A stretch of 64,000 nt of DNA, from positions 32,736,001-32,800,000 of the forward strand of contig OZ024748.1 of assembly GCA_964016885.1 (NCBI GenBank), given 5' to 3'. Origin of the DNA: Eledone cirrhosa. Taxonomy: Eukaryota. Below the pieces are notes generated by a model. It was given only the letters and a program-made list of their open reading frames with translations. It was not told the DNA's origin and made no database searches. Position numbers and translations under genes: made by a program. The number at the start of each line of letters is the position of its first letter. Within the stretch, counting starts at the first letter, position 1. Shown piece after piece: positions 1-14,610 of this stretch.

Positions 1-358
1 TAAGTATGAGAGAAAGGCAGATCTTGGACATGTTGAGGGAGAAGCTGGGTTTAAGAGGGATCTTAAGGGGTGTGTAAGAGAGAAGACTGGATTCGTATGG
101 ACATGTGATATGCATGGATAATGACAGCTGGGTGAAGAAGTGCTAGGACATCCCTGTAGAAGGAAGTCATAGTAGAGGTGGTCCAAGAAAGACCTGAACA
201 GAGGCTGTTGTGAACTGACTTCAAATGACTGATTCTCACAGAGGAGATGACAAAGGAACACGACAAGTTCAAAGATGCCATGTTGAGAAGGACCCATCCA
301 ACCCAAGGAAGCATGGAAAAACGAACATAAAAACAGTGATGATGTTGATGAAGATGAC
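1..358 (+). mobile_element. RTE-clade LINE, decayed 3' end
   Basis: Translates to LREKLGLRG..ERRL..YGHVICMD.DSWVKKC..IPVEG..RG.PRKT with stops; ends in a (GAT)n-like tail as in the other RTE copies here. Confidence 0.85.
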
Positions 359-659
359 GTACATATACACACATACATAATCAAATAAATCAAATACAGA
401 TATGCACATACTTATATACAAACATATCCATGGACACAAATGTCTACACACATACATTCACATATATATAACGTATGTAAATTCTGAATGATACAGCACA
501 AGTCTTGGTTACAACTTCTACAAATAAAATGAAAGGAGAAGAATTTCTTACTAAAACAGTTTTATTCAAAATATTAACAACATTGGTGGCACTATTTTAG
601 GTGAGTGACGTGGTTTTCATCTTGTCTGATTGTGTTTGTGTTGCATCAAGTAACCTTTA

Positions 660-2158
<1,499 letters not shown>

Positions 2159-2629
2159 TTACAAAGAATGTGATTTACCACAAATATCACAGTGATATGG
2201 CTTCTCACCTGTATGTATTCGTTTGTGATAAGTTAAGCTACCACTTTGAGAGGATGATTTACCACAGATATCACAGTGATATGGTTTCTCACCTGTATGT
2301 ATACGATTGTGGTTACTTAAGGCACTACATTGAGAGAATGATATCCCACAGAACTCACAATGATATGGCTTATCTCCTGTATGTAAATGTTTGTGACTAG
2401 CTAAGGTACTACTGTGAGAGAATGACTTACTACAGATATCACAGTGATATGGATTATTTCCTGTATGTATAACTTTGTGAGTAGTTAAGGTAGTACGTTT
2501 ATTGAATGATTTACCACAGATATCACAGTGATATGGCTTCTCTTCTCCAACCTTTGTCATCTCACCAGGAATACTAAACATTTTCGATTGTGTTTCGCAT
2601 TTAACCTTTTCACTCAATTTATTTTCCAT
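2159..2629 (-). CDS. C2H2 zinc-finger protein, paralog 1 (open part, about 4 complete fingers; truncated by frameshift)
   Basis: [45 protein letters not shown]...; Kruppel linkers HTGEKPY. Confidence 0.7.
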   Translation of the reverse strand: MENKLSEKVKCETQSKMFSIPGEMTKVGEEKPYHCDICGKSFNKRTTLTTHKVIHTGNNPYHCDICSKSFSHSSTLASHKHLHTGDKPYHCEFCGISFSQCSALSNHNRIHTGEKPYHCDICGKSSSQSGSLTYHKRIHTGEKPYHCDICGKSHSL

Positions 2630-2989
2630 AATAAATTTTTCTTCAACAGAATATACAAATGTTTTTCTTGTAATATTTTTTATTTTATATTCCTAGAAAA
2701 TATATCTTCTATATTTCCCTCAACTGTGATTTCAGTTAATATCTGAAGATAATACAAACTTCTTTTTCATCCAAGTTTAGTTAAAATACAAAATCATCTG
2801 ATAGTGAAAAAAAAATAAACTCAGTTTTGAGGAAATATTTCACAGTAATTTCACGACAGATTTATATAAACAGTGTTATATGAGTCCTGTTTAAAAAGTT
2901 TTAGTCTTCAAATGATGATAAATATAGGTGATCTATCCGGGATTGAAAATAATAATTTATCCCAATGTCATAATTTATCTCAATGTATT

Positions 2990-3009
2990 CTGAAATAAGA
3001 AAGAAACAG
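2990..3009 (-). promoter_or_regulatory. Putative splice acceptor of the ZNF exon (ctgtttctttcttatttcag)
   Basis: Polypyrimidine tract + TTTCAG on the minus strand, conserved upstream of all three ZNF copies (also 20110-20129, 42192-42211). Confidence 0.55.
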
Positions 3010-3884
3010 TATGAGATAATAGAGAATACTTAAGAAACAAGAGATAGATTTAACAGTGGAAATTTTATATTTCTATATTGGTAAACTATAGATATCAACA
3101 TTTCTGTCCAGAGTAATTCTCTCCAATGTAAACAGAGGTATTCCAGCATGCTCTATAAATGTTATCGTTCTATCACTAGAGAGGTCTCCTCTATGGCAGT
3201 TTAGTGAAAAATTCATTCTGATAGGAATTTTTAACATAGAAATCAACTCCTCTCCTGGTGACATGTCAACACCAGTTTAACTTCCATCTTTTTATTAGTA
3301 GGAGTCAATTGTTCCTCTATATCTTTTTCTTACTTCTTTTCTATCTTTCTCAGGGAGAAATCGGCTGTGTTTAGACCAGGAGTTACGAGTCTACATGAAT
3401 CCATCAAATATCAGATTTCACTTGAAGTTTTATTCAGATCTCAATTGTATTCAAACGAGAGAGGTGATGGGCTCCATCTGGTTTTAAAATATGCCCAAGA
3501 AATACTGTATGTCACTTAGAGTACCCCTACGACTCCACCAGTGTTTCATTTGTTTAGGACTATGTCTGGGTTAGCCAGCCAAGTACCAGTAGAAGGGAAA
3601 ACAGGGCCCTGATCCCCTCAGAAAAATGGCCTTGCTCAGTGTGCTAGAAAGGTGTAGGTAGAAATTACATTCTCTGTCCAAAATACAAACAATGATGTAG
3701 TGGGATCTCAGGTAGGTTAGCTAAGAATATAGGTTTTACATGTGGCCATTGCACAGGAGCAGTAAGCAGCAAACATTCACAGGAAGCAACGATCGACTTT
3801 CGTCAAATCGGATCGAGGAAACAATGTTTCCATTGGTCTTTCCAACTGCTAATACTATCTATCGGTCGCAACTCCAGGTAGAAG

Positions 3885-3991
3885 GAGCAATGTGAAATAA
3901 AATGTCTTGCTCAAGGACATAACGTATCACCTGTTTGGTGAATCCTCATGATTGCGAATCCAATTCTCTAACCACTCAGCCACATGCCTTC
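3885..3991 (-). mobile_element. tRNA-derived SINE family A, 5' fragment
   Basis: Reverse complement matches the head of the SINEs at 34616 and 36011 (catgtggctgagtggttagag...ccttgagcaagacattttatttcacattgctcc). Confidence 0.7.
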
Positions 3992-4024
3992 ACAGAAAAC
4001 AAGCTCCAACAAACTGTTGGAGGG

Positions 4025-4210
4025 TCACATAGAAGAGGTAGACAGCTTCTGCTACCTGGGTGATGATATCATCAGTGGAGGTGGGTGTTCTGAAAGTAGA
4101 GCAGCCTGAGTGAACATGGAATGGAAAAGGTTCAGGATGCTACTACCACTGCAACTTACTAAAGGCTTTTTCCTCAAAACAAAGGGCAGGTTGAATAATG
4201 TGTGTATACG
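4025..4210 (+). mobile_element. RTE LINE fragment
   Basis: IEEVDSFCYLGD...WKRFR.LLPL..KGF.LKTKGRL motif, homologous to 13140-13320. Confidence 0.7.
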
Positions 4211-4254
4211 AACAGTTTAACGCACACACACACACACACATATATATATATAAT

Positions 4255-4286
<32 letters not shown>

Positions 4287-4569
4287 CATTAAGACAATGT
4301 CACTGGACCGAGATGTTTGGCGCTATTCAGTAATACAGAAGACCCGTCTTGCCTATGTACAAAGTGAAACCTACAGTCAGTAGGCACCTCTTAACCAAAT
4401 ATACACCCCCGTCCCACTACCACTACTCCACCCCCACCCCCATCAACACCACCCCTTTCTCTGTAAAGTTATGTTGGTACCACAACATCCAGCCCTAAAT
4501 AAATGAAGTTGTGTAGGTGTCATGACAAAAAAACACACAGTCCACGCTGTAATATGGCCATGTAGCTAA

Positions 4570-4748
4570 CACGGTAAAAAGCTCCCATTCCGCACTGTAA
4601 ATGTGGTTGGTGTTAGGAAGGGCATCCAGAGAACCTGCCAGACAGTCCTATACGAGCAAGACAACAAAACTTGCCTCAAGTATGACAATTCCCATCTAAA
4701 CCCATGCTAGCGTGGAAGATAGACATTAAACGATGATGATGATGATGT
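4570..4748 (+). mobile_element. SINE family A-related 3' part with (GAT)n tail
   Basis: cactgtaaatg.ggttggtgttaggaagggcatccag shared with 34835-34872; ends in gatgatgat. Confidence 0.6.
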
Positions 4749-4887
4749 TGATATATACATACATATATATATATAAATATTTATAAATATATATATATAC
4801 ATATAAATATCTATGATGGCTGCCCCCTCGTTATCGAGTATGGCCATTGCACGAGAAGAAGAAAAAAAAACAATAATAATAATAATA

Positions 4888-4966
4888 ATAATAATAATTG
4901 TTTCTACTTTTGGCACAATGCCAGCAATTACCCAGTGCATTACTGGTACTTTATTTTATCGACCCC
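4888..4966 (-). mobile_element. SINE family B, 3' fragment
   Basis: ggggtcgataaaataaagtaccagtaatgcactgggtaattgctggc..gtgccaaaagtagaaacaattatt, as in the full copies at 18268, 39523, 46281 and 63805. Confidence 0.75.
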
Positions 4967-4968
4967 AA

Positions 4969-6770
4969 ATAATAATAACAACAATAATAATAATGTTTTC
5001 TTTATTAACCACAAGGGTTTACACAAAGTAGACATTAAGGACAGTACTGGACAATACAGGACGGTACAAATTGGCATTTCTGCGTGTAAAAAACAAAAAA
5101 CAGAGGATGTAGCAAAAAAAAAGAACAATGAAAAATTCCCCAATAGGGAGAGGGGGGGGAGGGCTTCCGAGGGCCATCGTGGAGAAAGCCCATTAAAAAA
5201 AGCCAAGGTGACCCTGACCACCAGGGCAAGTGCCCTCTCCCAATTTTCCACCTTCAATTTACAGGCATATACTCAGAGTAGGTCCATTCACTCGGGCCAT
5301 TTTTGCCTCTCTCACCCATCTTTTAACAAAATGCTGGGAAGAGAGCACTTCCCTCTCTACCCTGATTTTCCTTTTCAGGGCATCACCGAAGAGGAAAGTG
5401 CTCGTCTTCAGCCCTTTCAGATGTGTCCACCATACTATCTCTTTCGCCATGGCCACCAGACAGATAAAAACTGCCTGCCCTTCCCGGCTAAAGGAAGAGG
5501 GCGGGGTAATCCTCATGATGGACTCAGCTGATAGCCGGATCTGTTCTACACGCGACAGCAGTTGTTCGACATAAACCCACAAGTCAGCAATGCTCGGACA
5601 CTGGACGAGTGCGTGCAGGACGGTTTCGTCGCCCTACGCGCATCTCGGACATGCTCGGCTGACGGCACTTCCGTGCCTGTAGAGTTTATCCCGAACTGGC
5701 AAAGCTCCTCAGTAGCACTGCCAGACCAGGGATTTCTGGAAATTGTCCATAGGCCCCGGCCCGAAAGTTCTTCCGAAGAGATTGGCTAGTTGATTTTCGT
5801 TGATGCCTAGAGTTTCCTCAAGTATGCCATCGCTCTTCCCCTCCACTAATCCTCTATAGAACGCCAAGGTGGAGTTTCCACCGATCACATTGCCCGACTC
5901 CAAGCGCTCCCTCTCGGTCTTCGCTTGACCCAGGACTGCAGCTCCATCAAGGAGACGAGCTGAGGAAAGACGCATCTAGCAAACGGCGATCACACCTGAT
6001 CACCATCGAGGAAGAGGCGAAGTTGTCGTAGCCTGAGTGCATGTCTGCGCATCATCAGCCACTGCACGCCCAGCCCTCCACGTAGCGGGTGTTGACAGCA
6101 GATGAACCGCCTGACCATCGGAGCGCGTCCTTCCACAAAAAGTGCAGTCAGGCGAGGCTTAGGACAAGGCACGACGGTCAGGCGGTAGTAGATGACGGAC
6201 GCGATGTACGCATTCGCCACCTCCGCTCGACCTTTTAGAGATAGCTTCCTCTCTGCCCATTTCTGGGTGAGAAAAGCCACCCTGCTCGTCACCTCGTCCC
6301 AGATTTTGTCCGTCGGGAGGTACGGACCGAACCAGACCCCTAGCAATTTAACCGGTCCGTCCGTCCAGTGCCCGACGACGCTGTTGGACGGCATGGACCT
6401 GCCACCCCAGGTGCCGAGCTGCAGGCCCACCGACTTTTCCTGATTGATCATTGCTCCTGTCACCGCTTCGTATTCTCTTAGTGTGGTGCCGATAGCCTCG
6501 ATGTATTTGGCGTTCGAGACCACTACGGTGACATCGTCCGCATATGCTGACACGGATCTTCCGCATCCTAGTTCACACGGGACCCCCCTCCCCCCTCAAC
6601 GTCTCCAGTTTGTGCAGTAATGGCTAGAGAGTCAATACGTACAAGAGGGACGAGAGGGGACATCCTTGGCGGACCGAGCGCATGATGTTGAACGGTTCCG
6701 AAAAGTGACCGTTCACTCCCACCACAGAGCAGATGTCGCTGTGCATGGCTCTGAAGACGGGCCCAAGTAC
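4969..6770 (-). mobile_element. L1/Tx1-clade LINE, 5'-truncated and disrupted
   Basis: RSVRQGCPLS, SAYADDVTV, INQEKS, KLLGVWF, W.ERKLSLKGRA, C-terminal CPRC...ETVLHALVQCP knuckle; AATAAA then (TTA)n at the 3' end; GC-richer than flanks. Confidence 0.85.
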
Positions 6771-7180
6771 GGTCTGTATAAAAACATGTTATATCTTACG
6801 TATGATTCAGGTTAAATATATAAAACAAATATCATTGAATACTTACTCCAGAAACTTGTCGAGTGCTCTGAATCAGTTATAAACATCTATATTTGTTGAA
6901 TTTCCAACAAATTAAATATCTCTTCTACACACACACATACACACATATATATATATATTCATTTAATTTATTAATTTATGAATTTATTATTTGTGTGACC
7001 CGAATTTTCCTGGTCGTTTTTTCGGCTGTGCGAATGATTTTAAGCATTGTCTCTATGTGTTGGTATTTAAACGATAGTTATAGCTCTGGTTTATCCAAAC
7101 TATTGAGCCCTTTGCCACACATTTCGAAGATTGTGTTTCGTGATTTCGTGGGCCGAGATTCCGATTCTCGATTATTTATT

Positions 7181-7248
<68 letters not shown>

Positions 7249-7448
7249 TACTTGGGGAGGGTCATATTTGTGTAATATTGCCACAATTAATAACAGAACA
7301 CACTCACTGTTTGGTTGGTTTTCGCTTCTCGCTTCTATGTCTTTTATATCGGTAATCTAACTTACTCGGTCCTCAATGTTGCCATTGACTGACCGACGGT
7401 CAAAAATAATACAGATACAATATAGACACAAACACATATATATAGTTT

Positions 7449-7492
7449 ATCATAAATCTTTCGTTGCACATCTGCAACATCGTCAGTGGTGT
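7449..7492 (-). ncRNA. Minimal hammerhead motif, family C (inverted pLTR copy)
   Basis: Reverse complement of 8746-8789. Confidence 0.5.
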
Positions 7493-8745
7493 TATATCTT
7501 CCTCCTGTTGTATTGTATGTCTACGCCATTTGTATTCAGTCAGTCTATATATTTATTTATTTATTTGCTTGTTTGTTTATTTTATTTTGTCTTCTTTGCG
7601 CATGCGTTTGCGTGTGTGATGGGTGACTAGTGTGTGTTTATGTGTTTCATGTTATTGTGCTTGTGTATGTATTTATTTATTTATTTATTTATTTCGCAGA
7701 TTTGGTACGAGTGATGAAGAATGTGTCCCGCATGTGCGACCCAACAGAAATGGAAAGACACATCCAACACTTCATCAACTGCATGCAGTTCTCTGGCTAC
7801 AACCAAAGAGACAGAGTCAGAGTATACGAAGGAGCCATGGAAAAGTATAAGACCCTCATAGAACTGGACATGAAAGGAATTTGCCCATTATACAGGAGCA
7901 AATCATGGAATAGCTTAGATAGGGCTAGACATAAGATAGGGAAAGCCACCTCATGGTACGACAACCAGAGATACCAGAGTGTCATGTTTGTGGACGCCAC
8001 CCCTGGAGGGAAATTAGCTAACCAGTGTAGAAAGGCCCTGAGAAAGACCCACTTAAAAATAAAGGTGGTAGAAAAGCCAGGAACCACCATAAAATCCCTG
8101 ATCAGCAAAACCTACCCTTTTAAGAAAACCCACTGTACCAATAGGAAATGTATCATATGTAAGGTGAACCCCCGGATAAACTGTAAAACTAGAAACGTAG
8201 TCTATAGCATAAGATGTACAGAGGGTACTTGCAGAAACATGACAACAACATACATAGGTGAGACAGCTCGTAGCATAGGTGAAAGGATAGTGAAAAAACG
8301 GGTCAGTACTATACGAACATGCTAGACAACAACATGACGGTAACATAGACAACATAGAAATTAGAATAATATCTAAACATAGAAATGACCCAGCAGATAA
8401 GCAAATCAGAGAGGCCAGTGAAATAGAAATTAGAAGACCAAGGCTAAACAGAAAGAATGAATGGAATAACAAAAACACCCAAACAAACAACACTGACCTA
8501 AGAGAAATATAAATAAGTAAATAAAATAAAATAAATAAATAAATAAATACATACACAAGCGCAATAACAACGAGCACATAAACACACACTAGTCACCCAT
8601 CACACAGCAAACAAAACACTATACACACACGCAAACGCATGCGCAAAGAAGACAAAATAAAATAAACAAACAAGCAAATAAATAAATATATAGACAGACT
8701 GAATACAAATGGCGTAGACATACAATACAACAGGAGGAAGATATA

Positions 8746-8789
8746 ACACCACTGACGATGTTGCAGATGTGCAACGAAAGATTTATGAT
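8746..8789 (+). ncRNA. Minimal hammerhead motif, family C, in Penelope pLTR
   Basis: CUGACGA-U-GUUGCA(GAUG)UGCAAC-GAAA-GAUUUA; perfect 6-bp stem II, weak stems I/III; sense to the GIY-YIG ORF. Confidence 0.55.
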
Positions 8790-9052
8790 AAACTATATAT
8801 ATGTGTTTGTGTCTATATTGTATCTGTATTATTTTTGACCGTCGGTCAGTCAATGGCAACATTGAGGACCGAGTAAGTTAGATTACCGATATAAAAGACA
8901 CAGAAGCGAGAAGCGAAAACCAACCAAACAGTGAGTGTGTTCTGTTATTAATTCTGGCAATATTACACAAATATGACCCTCCCCAAGTATAACAATATTT
9001 GTTTCGACACACGATTTCATATAAAAAACCTCGCAAAACTAATTCATCGCCG

Positions 9053-9103
<51 letters not shown>

Positions 9104-9149
9104 TATATATATATAAATATATATAAATAAATATATATAAATATATATT

Positions 9150-9234
<85 letters not shown>

Positions 9235-9235
<1 letters not shown>

Positions 9236-11563
9236 TAATAATAAATTTCAAGACTAAAATCCAAAGAGGGCTCGATAAGGATAAATATATATCAAATATA
9301 TAAGAACCGTAGAGCAAATATTTATTAAAATAACAGATTAAAGTTTAAGCAAAGAATCGCTGCTTTCACCCTTAACGGGATCTTCTGAAACTAACAAAGT
9401 CAATCTGTAAACGCAGAACTGGATATTTCAAAAACGTTGCAACCGGAGGAAGACAGGAAGACGATACTTTGGTTCGTGGAAACGTTCGCTGGCAAAGAAC
9501 GGGAAAAAACGAATATAATACGTCATTAATAGGAGCGGTGAAAAACAATTACGCGCAAAGACAGAACCACGTTTATGGTATAAAAGAGGTCGTAGACTAA
9601 TGTTCTCTTAGGTGGTTCATAGAGACGTTCTCTGGCAATGAACGAAAAAAACGAAGATAATACGTCATATGTGGAGCGTGGAGAACAATAGCACGCAAAG
9701 ACAAAACCACGTAAATGGTATAGCAGAAGTCGTAGACTAAAATTCTAACTAGGAGACCGAATGAATCTCCGCTACAGAGTTAAGAACAAAGTAAATAAAT
9801 ACATAAGTAATATAAATAAATAAATACATACACGCAAACAAATACGTACATACGCAAGCATACGCAAAACACTTACCATAGGTATACAAAACCACACGCA
9901 TATAAATATGTGTGTGTGTGTATGCGTGTATACAAATAAATGAATAAATAATATATAAACGTATATAAATAAAAACGTAAATAACAAGCGCACACACATA
10001 CCTACATGTAAATAGACGAATGTTCGGAGACGAAAGTCAACCAAAACATGAAGTACACATATACACACACCCTACATACGTACGAACCTGCATACTCACA
10101 CAGACGCAAAACTCCCGTATACACATAGCCAAACCATATGTACCAGAATAAAAAAAATAAAAAAAGTTTATAGGCCATAACATAAACAATCAAATATACA
10201 TACGAGAAGGTATACGTACCTTCACGAAACATACGGGTAAATATACTTACCTATGCAAATAAGTAATGGTATAAACAAAACATATACTTAGCTCCCACAT
10301 CAAGACGTATAATATCCACATATAGATCGTACTATCCATTAGGGTATAACGTGGGGCTGTAATACAGGAAAGTTTTGTGCAATTTATGTTTACAAGCCGA
10401 AATTGCCTCAGATTTTTAGTTTAAGATGTGGTATGTGGCGTAGAGTATTTCCAGGGCCTCAGCGGCGCAGAGGTCACAAGGTCTTTTATTTCCGTTATAC
10501 GATCTAGCCCTAGCTAGGATCTCCCAGTGTAACTTATATTGGGTGTGGTTGTCTTTTAGACTTCAGATATAATCTGAAAGTGACGTCATATTCCTTCTTA
10601 GAGGGTAACGAAAAGAATGGGTATGCGTGTAAAGACGCTGCTTGAATCTATTGGCGGTTAACCCTATGTAGGCCCTACGGGACGTGGGTGTTACAACCTT
10701 ACATTTGTAGACAATGTTACTAGAGAGGCATTTCTCGGATAGGGGGCAATCAACCCGATTCCTACAATTACAGTTAGTACTAACTACAGGGTTGCACGTG
10801 TTCCTACGGCTAGGTAGTTTAGCTAAATTTGAAGCTGTGATGTTATGTGCAAGGTTAGGAGTCGTAGAGTAAGAAATTTTAATAGTATTTCTATTAAAAA
10901 TTTTACTATATTTATGTGTAGGGGGAAAATGCTTTGTAATAAGGGAAAGAAAGATCTTAGCTAATGGTGTGGCCACCTCCATATTATATGGTGGGTTATA
11001 CCAACAAATGCGACGGGATCTATTTCTTCTAGGTCTATTTTCGTACTCTGTATATGCTACCTTATCGACAAATCCACTTCGAGCAAGGGCTTCATTGTAA
11101 TACGTGGAATGGTCGTTGAAAATACGCTCGTTGGTGGAAAGACGGGAAAGCCTCAACGAAACGTTTCTTACCAGGTTCTTGGTTATGCTGGCAGGATGGT
11201 TGGAACGCTTACTTATGTAATTAAGCGTATCATTCGTTTTTTTCGTTCATTGCCAGAGAACGTCTCTATGAACCACCTAAGAGAACATTAGTCTACGACC
11301 TCTTTTATACCATAAACGTGGTTCTGTCTTTGCGCGTAATTGTTTTTCACCGCTCCTATTAATGACGTATTATATTCGTTTTTTCCCGTTCTTTGCCAGC
11401 GAACGTTCCCACGAACCAAAGTATCGTCTTCCTGTCTTCCTCCGGTTGCAACGTTTTTTGAAATATCCAGTTCTGCGTTTACAGATTGACTTTGTTAGTT
11501 TCAGAAGATCCCGTTAAGGGTGAAAGCAGCGATTCTTTGCTTAAACTTTAATCTGTTATTTTA

Positions 11564-11570
<7 letters not shown>
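9235..11570 (-). mobile_element. Penelope-like element family 2 (Naiad-like), 5'-truncated copy B with inverted pLTR
   Basis: ICWYNPPY..KHFP..KIFNRNTIKISYS..CNCR..CPL..NIVYKC..YIGLT (10325-11228, TGG>TGA stop at 10563); 11233-11570 inverts 9317-9654; highly similar to 50335-52290. Confidence 0.9.
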
Positions 11571-11621
<51 letters not shown>

Positions 11622-11833
11622 AAAGTTATATTTAAAATTGTTGGGTTACAACTAGTAAATATTTATAACTGGTATAAAAGCACTCGACAAATATTTGGAG
11701 TATATTTACAATATTAAATAAATGGAAAACTATATTTATAAAACCATATTTATAGCCAGAGTAAACCTCTTCAAATGAAGTCGGTGTTATAACGGTATGT
11801 CGAACCTATTTGTCTATAAAACTGTTTATATTG

Positions 11834-11899
11834 TATTTTGTCTGATGAAGGCATAGCATATTGTTAATATGATATCCCCGAAATATATATAATGAAATA
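11834..11899 (+). ncRNA. Type I minimal hammerhead ribozyme, family A
   Basis: UAUUUUGU-CUGAUGA-[AGGCAUAGCAUAUU..AAUAUGAUAUCCCC]-GAAA-UAUAUAUA-AUGAAAUA; within a small repeat with inverted ends (11710-11755/11897-11942). Confidence 0.7.
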
Positions 11900-11937
11900 A
11901 ATATGGTTTTATAAATATAGTTTTCCATTTATTTAAT

Positions 11938-11982
<45 letters not shown>

Positions 11983-13640
11983 GTGTCCGGAATGATGCCG
12001 GTGTACGTAGTGTCACGAATGATCAGAAAATGGAGGCCTGGAAATGTCATTATGAGAGACTGATGAATGTGGAGAACGAATGGGAGTGAGAGAAATTACT
12101 CTCACTAGATCCGACAGAAGGACCAGCTATTGAGATTGACGAATATAGGGTCCAAGAGGCGGTTAAGGAAATGAAAAATGGTAAGGCTGTTGGACTGTCG
12201 GGAATAGTTGCATCAGGGGACGTAGGCACTAAACTGGTTGTACGTATCATCAATCAGGCTATATATGGTGGTGTCATACCCAAAGACTGGTGGAGCAGTA
12301 TTCTCATAAATTGCTACAAAAGTAAAGGGGATGCTCTTGAGAGGAGCAATTATAGGGGTATAAAACTGATGGATCAGGTTATGAAAGTGGAAGAAAGGAT
12401 ATTAGCACAACTAATTAGAGAAAGGGTCAAACTATATGAGATGCAGTTTGGTTTTGTGCCTGGGAAAAGTACAACATATGCCCTCTTCTTGGTGAGACAA
12501 TAACAAGAGAGGCTCTTAGAGAAGAATAAGCCACTATTGTTAACCTTTGTTGACCTAGAGAAGGCCTTTAATAGGGTACCCCGATCTGTAATCTGGTGTT
12601 CCCTAAGGAAACTAGGTGTTGTGGAATGGCTTGTGAGGACAGTGCAAACTTTGTACAGAGGTGATGTCAGTAAAGTCATGGTAGGAATGGAGTTTAGTGA
12701 GGAATTCCAGATACAAGTAGGAGTACATCAAGGTTCCATCATCAGCCCACTCTTATTCATTATAGTCCTCCAAGCCATAACAGAGGAGGTTAAGACTGGC
12801 TGTCCATGGGAACTTCTCTATGCTGACGATCTGGTTCTTATAGCAGAATCAGTAGAGGAGCCAGAGAATATATTCTGGCTATGGAAACAGTAGTTGATGA
12901 GTAGAAAAGAGGACAAAACTCTGATTCCGTCAGGGAAATGGCCATGTTCGATATGCAGAAAAGGAACTGGCATAAATTCTATAAAATGCACACAATGCAG
13001 ATCTTGGGTACACAAGAGATGTAGTGGGATAGCTGGTAAACTAACAGGTAGGGAAAACTACGTATCCAGTAGATATACAGGGAAAGTTAGCAGTAGTAAT
13101 CGCAGTGATAGACACATTTTTCAAATGCAGGCGGGTGCTATAGAAGTGGTTGATAGCTTCCGGTACCCAGGTGATCAGATTAGCATAGGTGTTCCGAGGC
13201 CATAGTATCCAGGATAAGGACGGCTTGGAAGAAGTTTAGGGATCTGCTTGCTCTGTTGACAAAGAAGGGTTTCTCCCTGCATACGAAAGGACGGTTATAT
13301 GATGCTTGTGTGAGGTGCGCGATGCTGCATGGTAGTAAGACATGGGTAGCAACTGCAAAGAGGATATGTGACGGTTGGAGAGATATGAAGCAAGCATGCT
13401 CCGTTGGATGTGCAATGTCAATGTGCGTGAACGACCAAGCATAGACGAGTTGAGACAGAAACTGGGTATAAGTTGTGGTGTGAGGAGAGAAGATGGTATG
13501 GATATGTGATGCGCATGGAGGATGACCGCTGGGTAAAGAATTGCCAAGAAATCCCAGTTGAAGGAAGACACAGTAGAGGAAGACCACGAAAAACATGGGC
13601 GGATGTGGTGAAAGCAGACCTCAGATCGCTGAAACTCACC
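11983..13640 (+). mobile_element. RTE LINE (RT region to 3' end), disrupted
   Basis: [51 protein letters not shown], Cys-rich CSIC..CTQC..WVHKRCSG insert, RGRPRKTW; stops and deletions. Confidence 0.92.
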
Positions 13641-13644
13641 GAGT

Positions 13645-13857
13645 TACATTAGCATTTACATTACTCTATATTTACTAATATATTTTCATGGTAAAGTCTT
13701 TATCACACATAATATTGAATCTATGAGACTTTGATATTACTTATTTTGAGGACAATACATTAACACCAATATGAGCGACCAGTTACAGCCGGTTTGAACA
13801 GAAAGAGGTGAGAGAATTCTGGCTGGATACGGCCAGTTTAAATGCTAAAGGGTTAAA
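13645..13857 (-). mobile_element. Non-autonomous DNA-transposon end, piggyBac-like (TTAACCCTTT terminus)
   Basis: Ends aaagggttaa; homologous to 35480-35699. Confidence 0.45.
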
Positions 13858-14610
13858 GATAAGTGACAGGCATGGAAAGACTGGAAAAATAGGGGTATCA
13901 GACCATGACCAGGTAGCTAAGAGAAGCTAGAAGACAGGTATACATAACACAAAGAGAGGCTGAAAAAAGAAAGTTTGCCAATGTCTTGAGATGTGAGAAT
14001 CAGGGGTGTGAAGTGTTCCACATTGCAAGACATTGTTAGAAATGATACTGGTACACTTAGCACCACTGATGCTCAAAAGAAAGAGGCCTGGAAATGTTAC
14101 TACGAGTGATTGATGAATGTAGAGAATAAATTAGAGAATAAATTAGACTTTTGTTTTATGTTCATTGTTCAATACACATACACATATAATTGACATTCTC
14201 TTTGGAATTACTGATGAAACTTGTTAGTGACACAACTACAAAAGAAGTTCCTAGCCAAGACTAAGCTGCAATATTTAGCTTTATAGATCTAGCAAAGGCC
14301 TTTGGCAGAGTACCTTACTCTGTTATCTGGTGATCCTTCAGAAAATTAGGTGAAGAATGGCTTGTGAGAGCAGTGCAAGCCATGTACAGAGGAGCTGTCA
14401 GTAAAGTGAGAGTAGGAAGGGAGTTTATTGAGGAATTCAATGTACAGGTAGGTGTTCATCATGGTTCAGTTCACAACCCACTGCTGTTCATCATAGTTCT
14501 CCAGGCCATAACCAATGGGTTTAAGATGTTGTGCTTAAAAGGACCCATCCAACCCATACCAGGATTAAAAAACGGACGTAAAACTATGATGATGATGGAG
14601 ATGAAGTAAA
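13858..14610 (+). mobile_element. Patchwork of RTE LINE fragments
   Basis: ARRQVY..EAEKRKF, KKEAWKCYYE, LAF.DL.KAF.RVP, RAVQAMYRGAVSKVRVG..PLLFIIVLQAIT, RTE tail with (GAT)n. Confidence 0.75.

Larger units (their letters stand above)
7244..9055 (+). mobile_element. Penelope-like element family 1: 5'-truncated GIY-YIG end with inverted pseudo-LTR
   Basis: ORF 7630-8325 has SVMFVDATP..KVVEKPG..C..C..C..NVVYSIRC...YIGETARS (GIY-YIG); 7244-7697 is an inverted copy of ~8512-8993. Confidence 0.85.

Noticed and set aside
10563-10565. In-frame TGA in the Naiad-like ORF as selenocysteine (known in some Naiads)
   Set aside because: The paralog at 51425-52249 has TGG (Trp) here, not Cys; simple nonsense mutation
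11495-11545. CAGAAGA-UCCC(GUUAA)GGGU-GAAA in the Naiad pLTR (also ~9350, ~50450, ~53580) as a hammerhead
   Set aside because: Core reads CAGAAGA rather than CUGANGA in all four copies, and no stem I or NUH pairing was found; at most a variant or relic
14205-14235. CUGAUGA-A-ACU(UGUU)AGU-GA half hammerhead
   Set aside because: Truncated by the RTE junction before GAAA; the duplicate at ~29970 is further mutated
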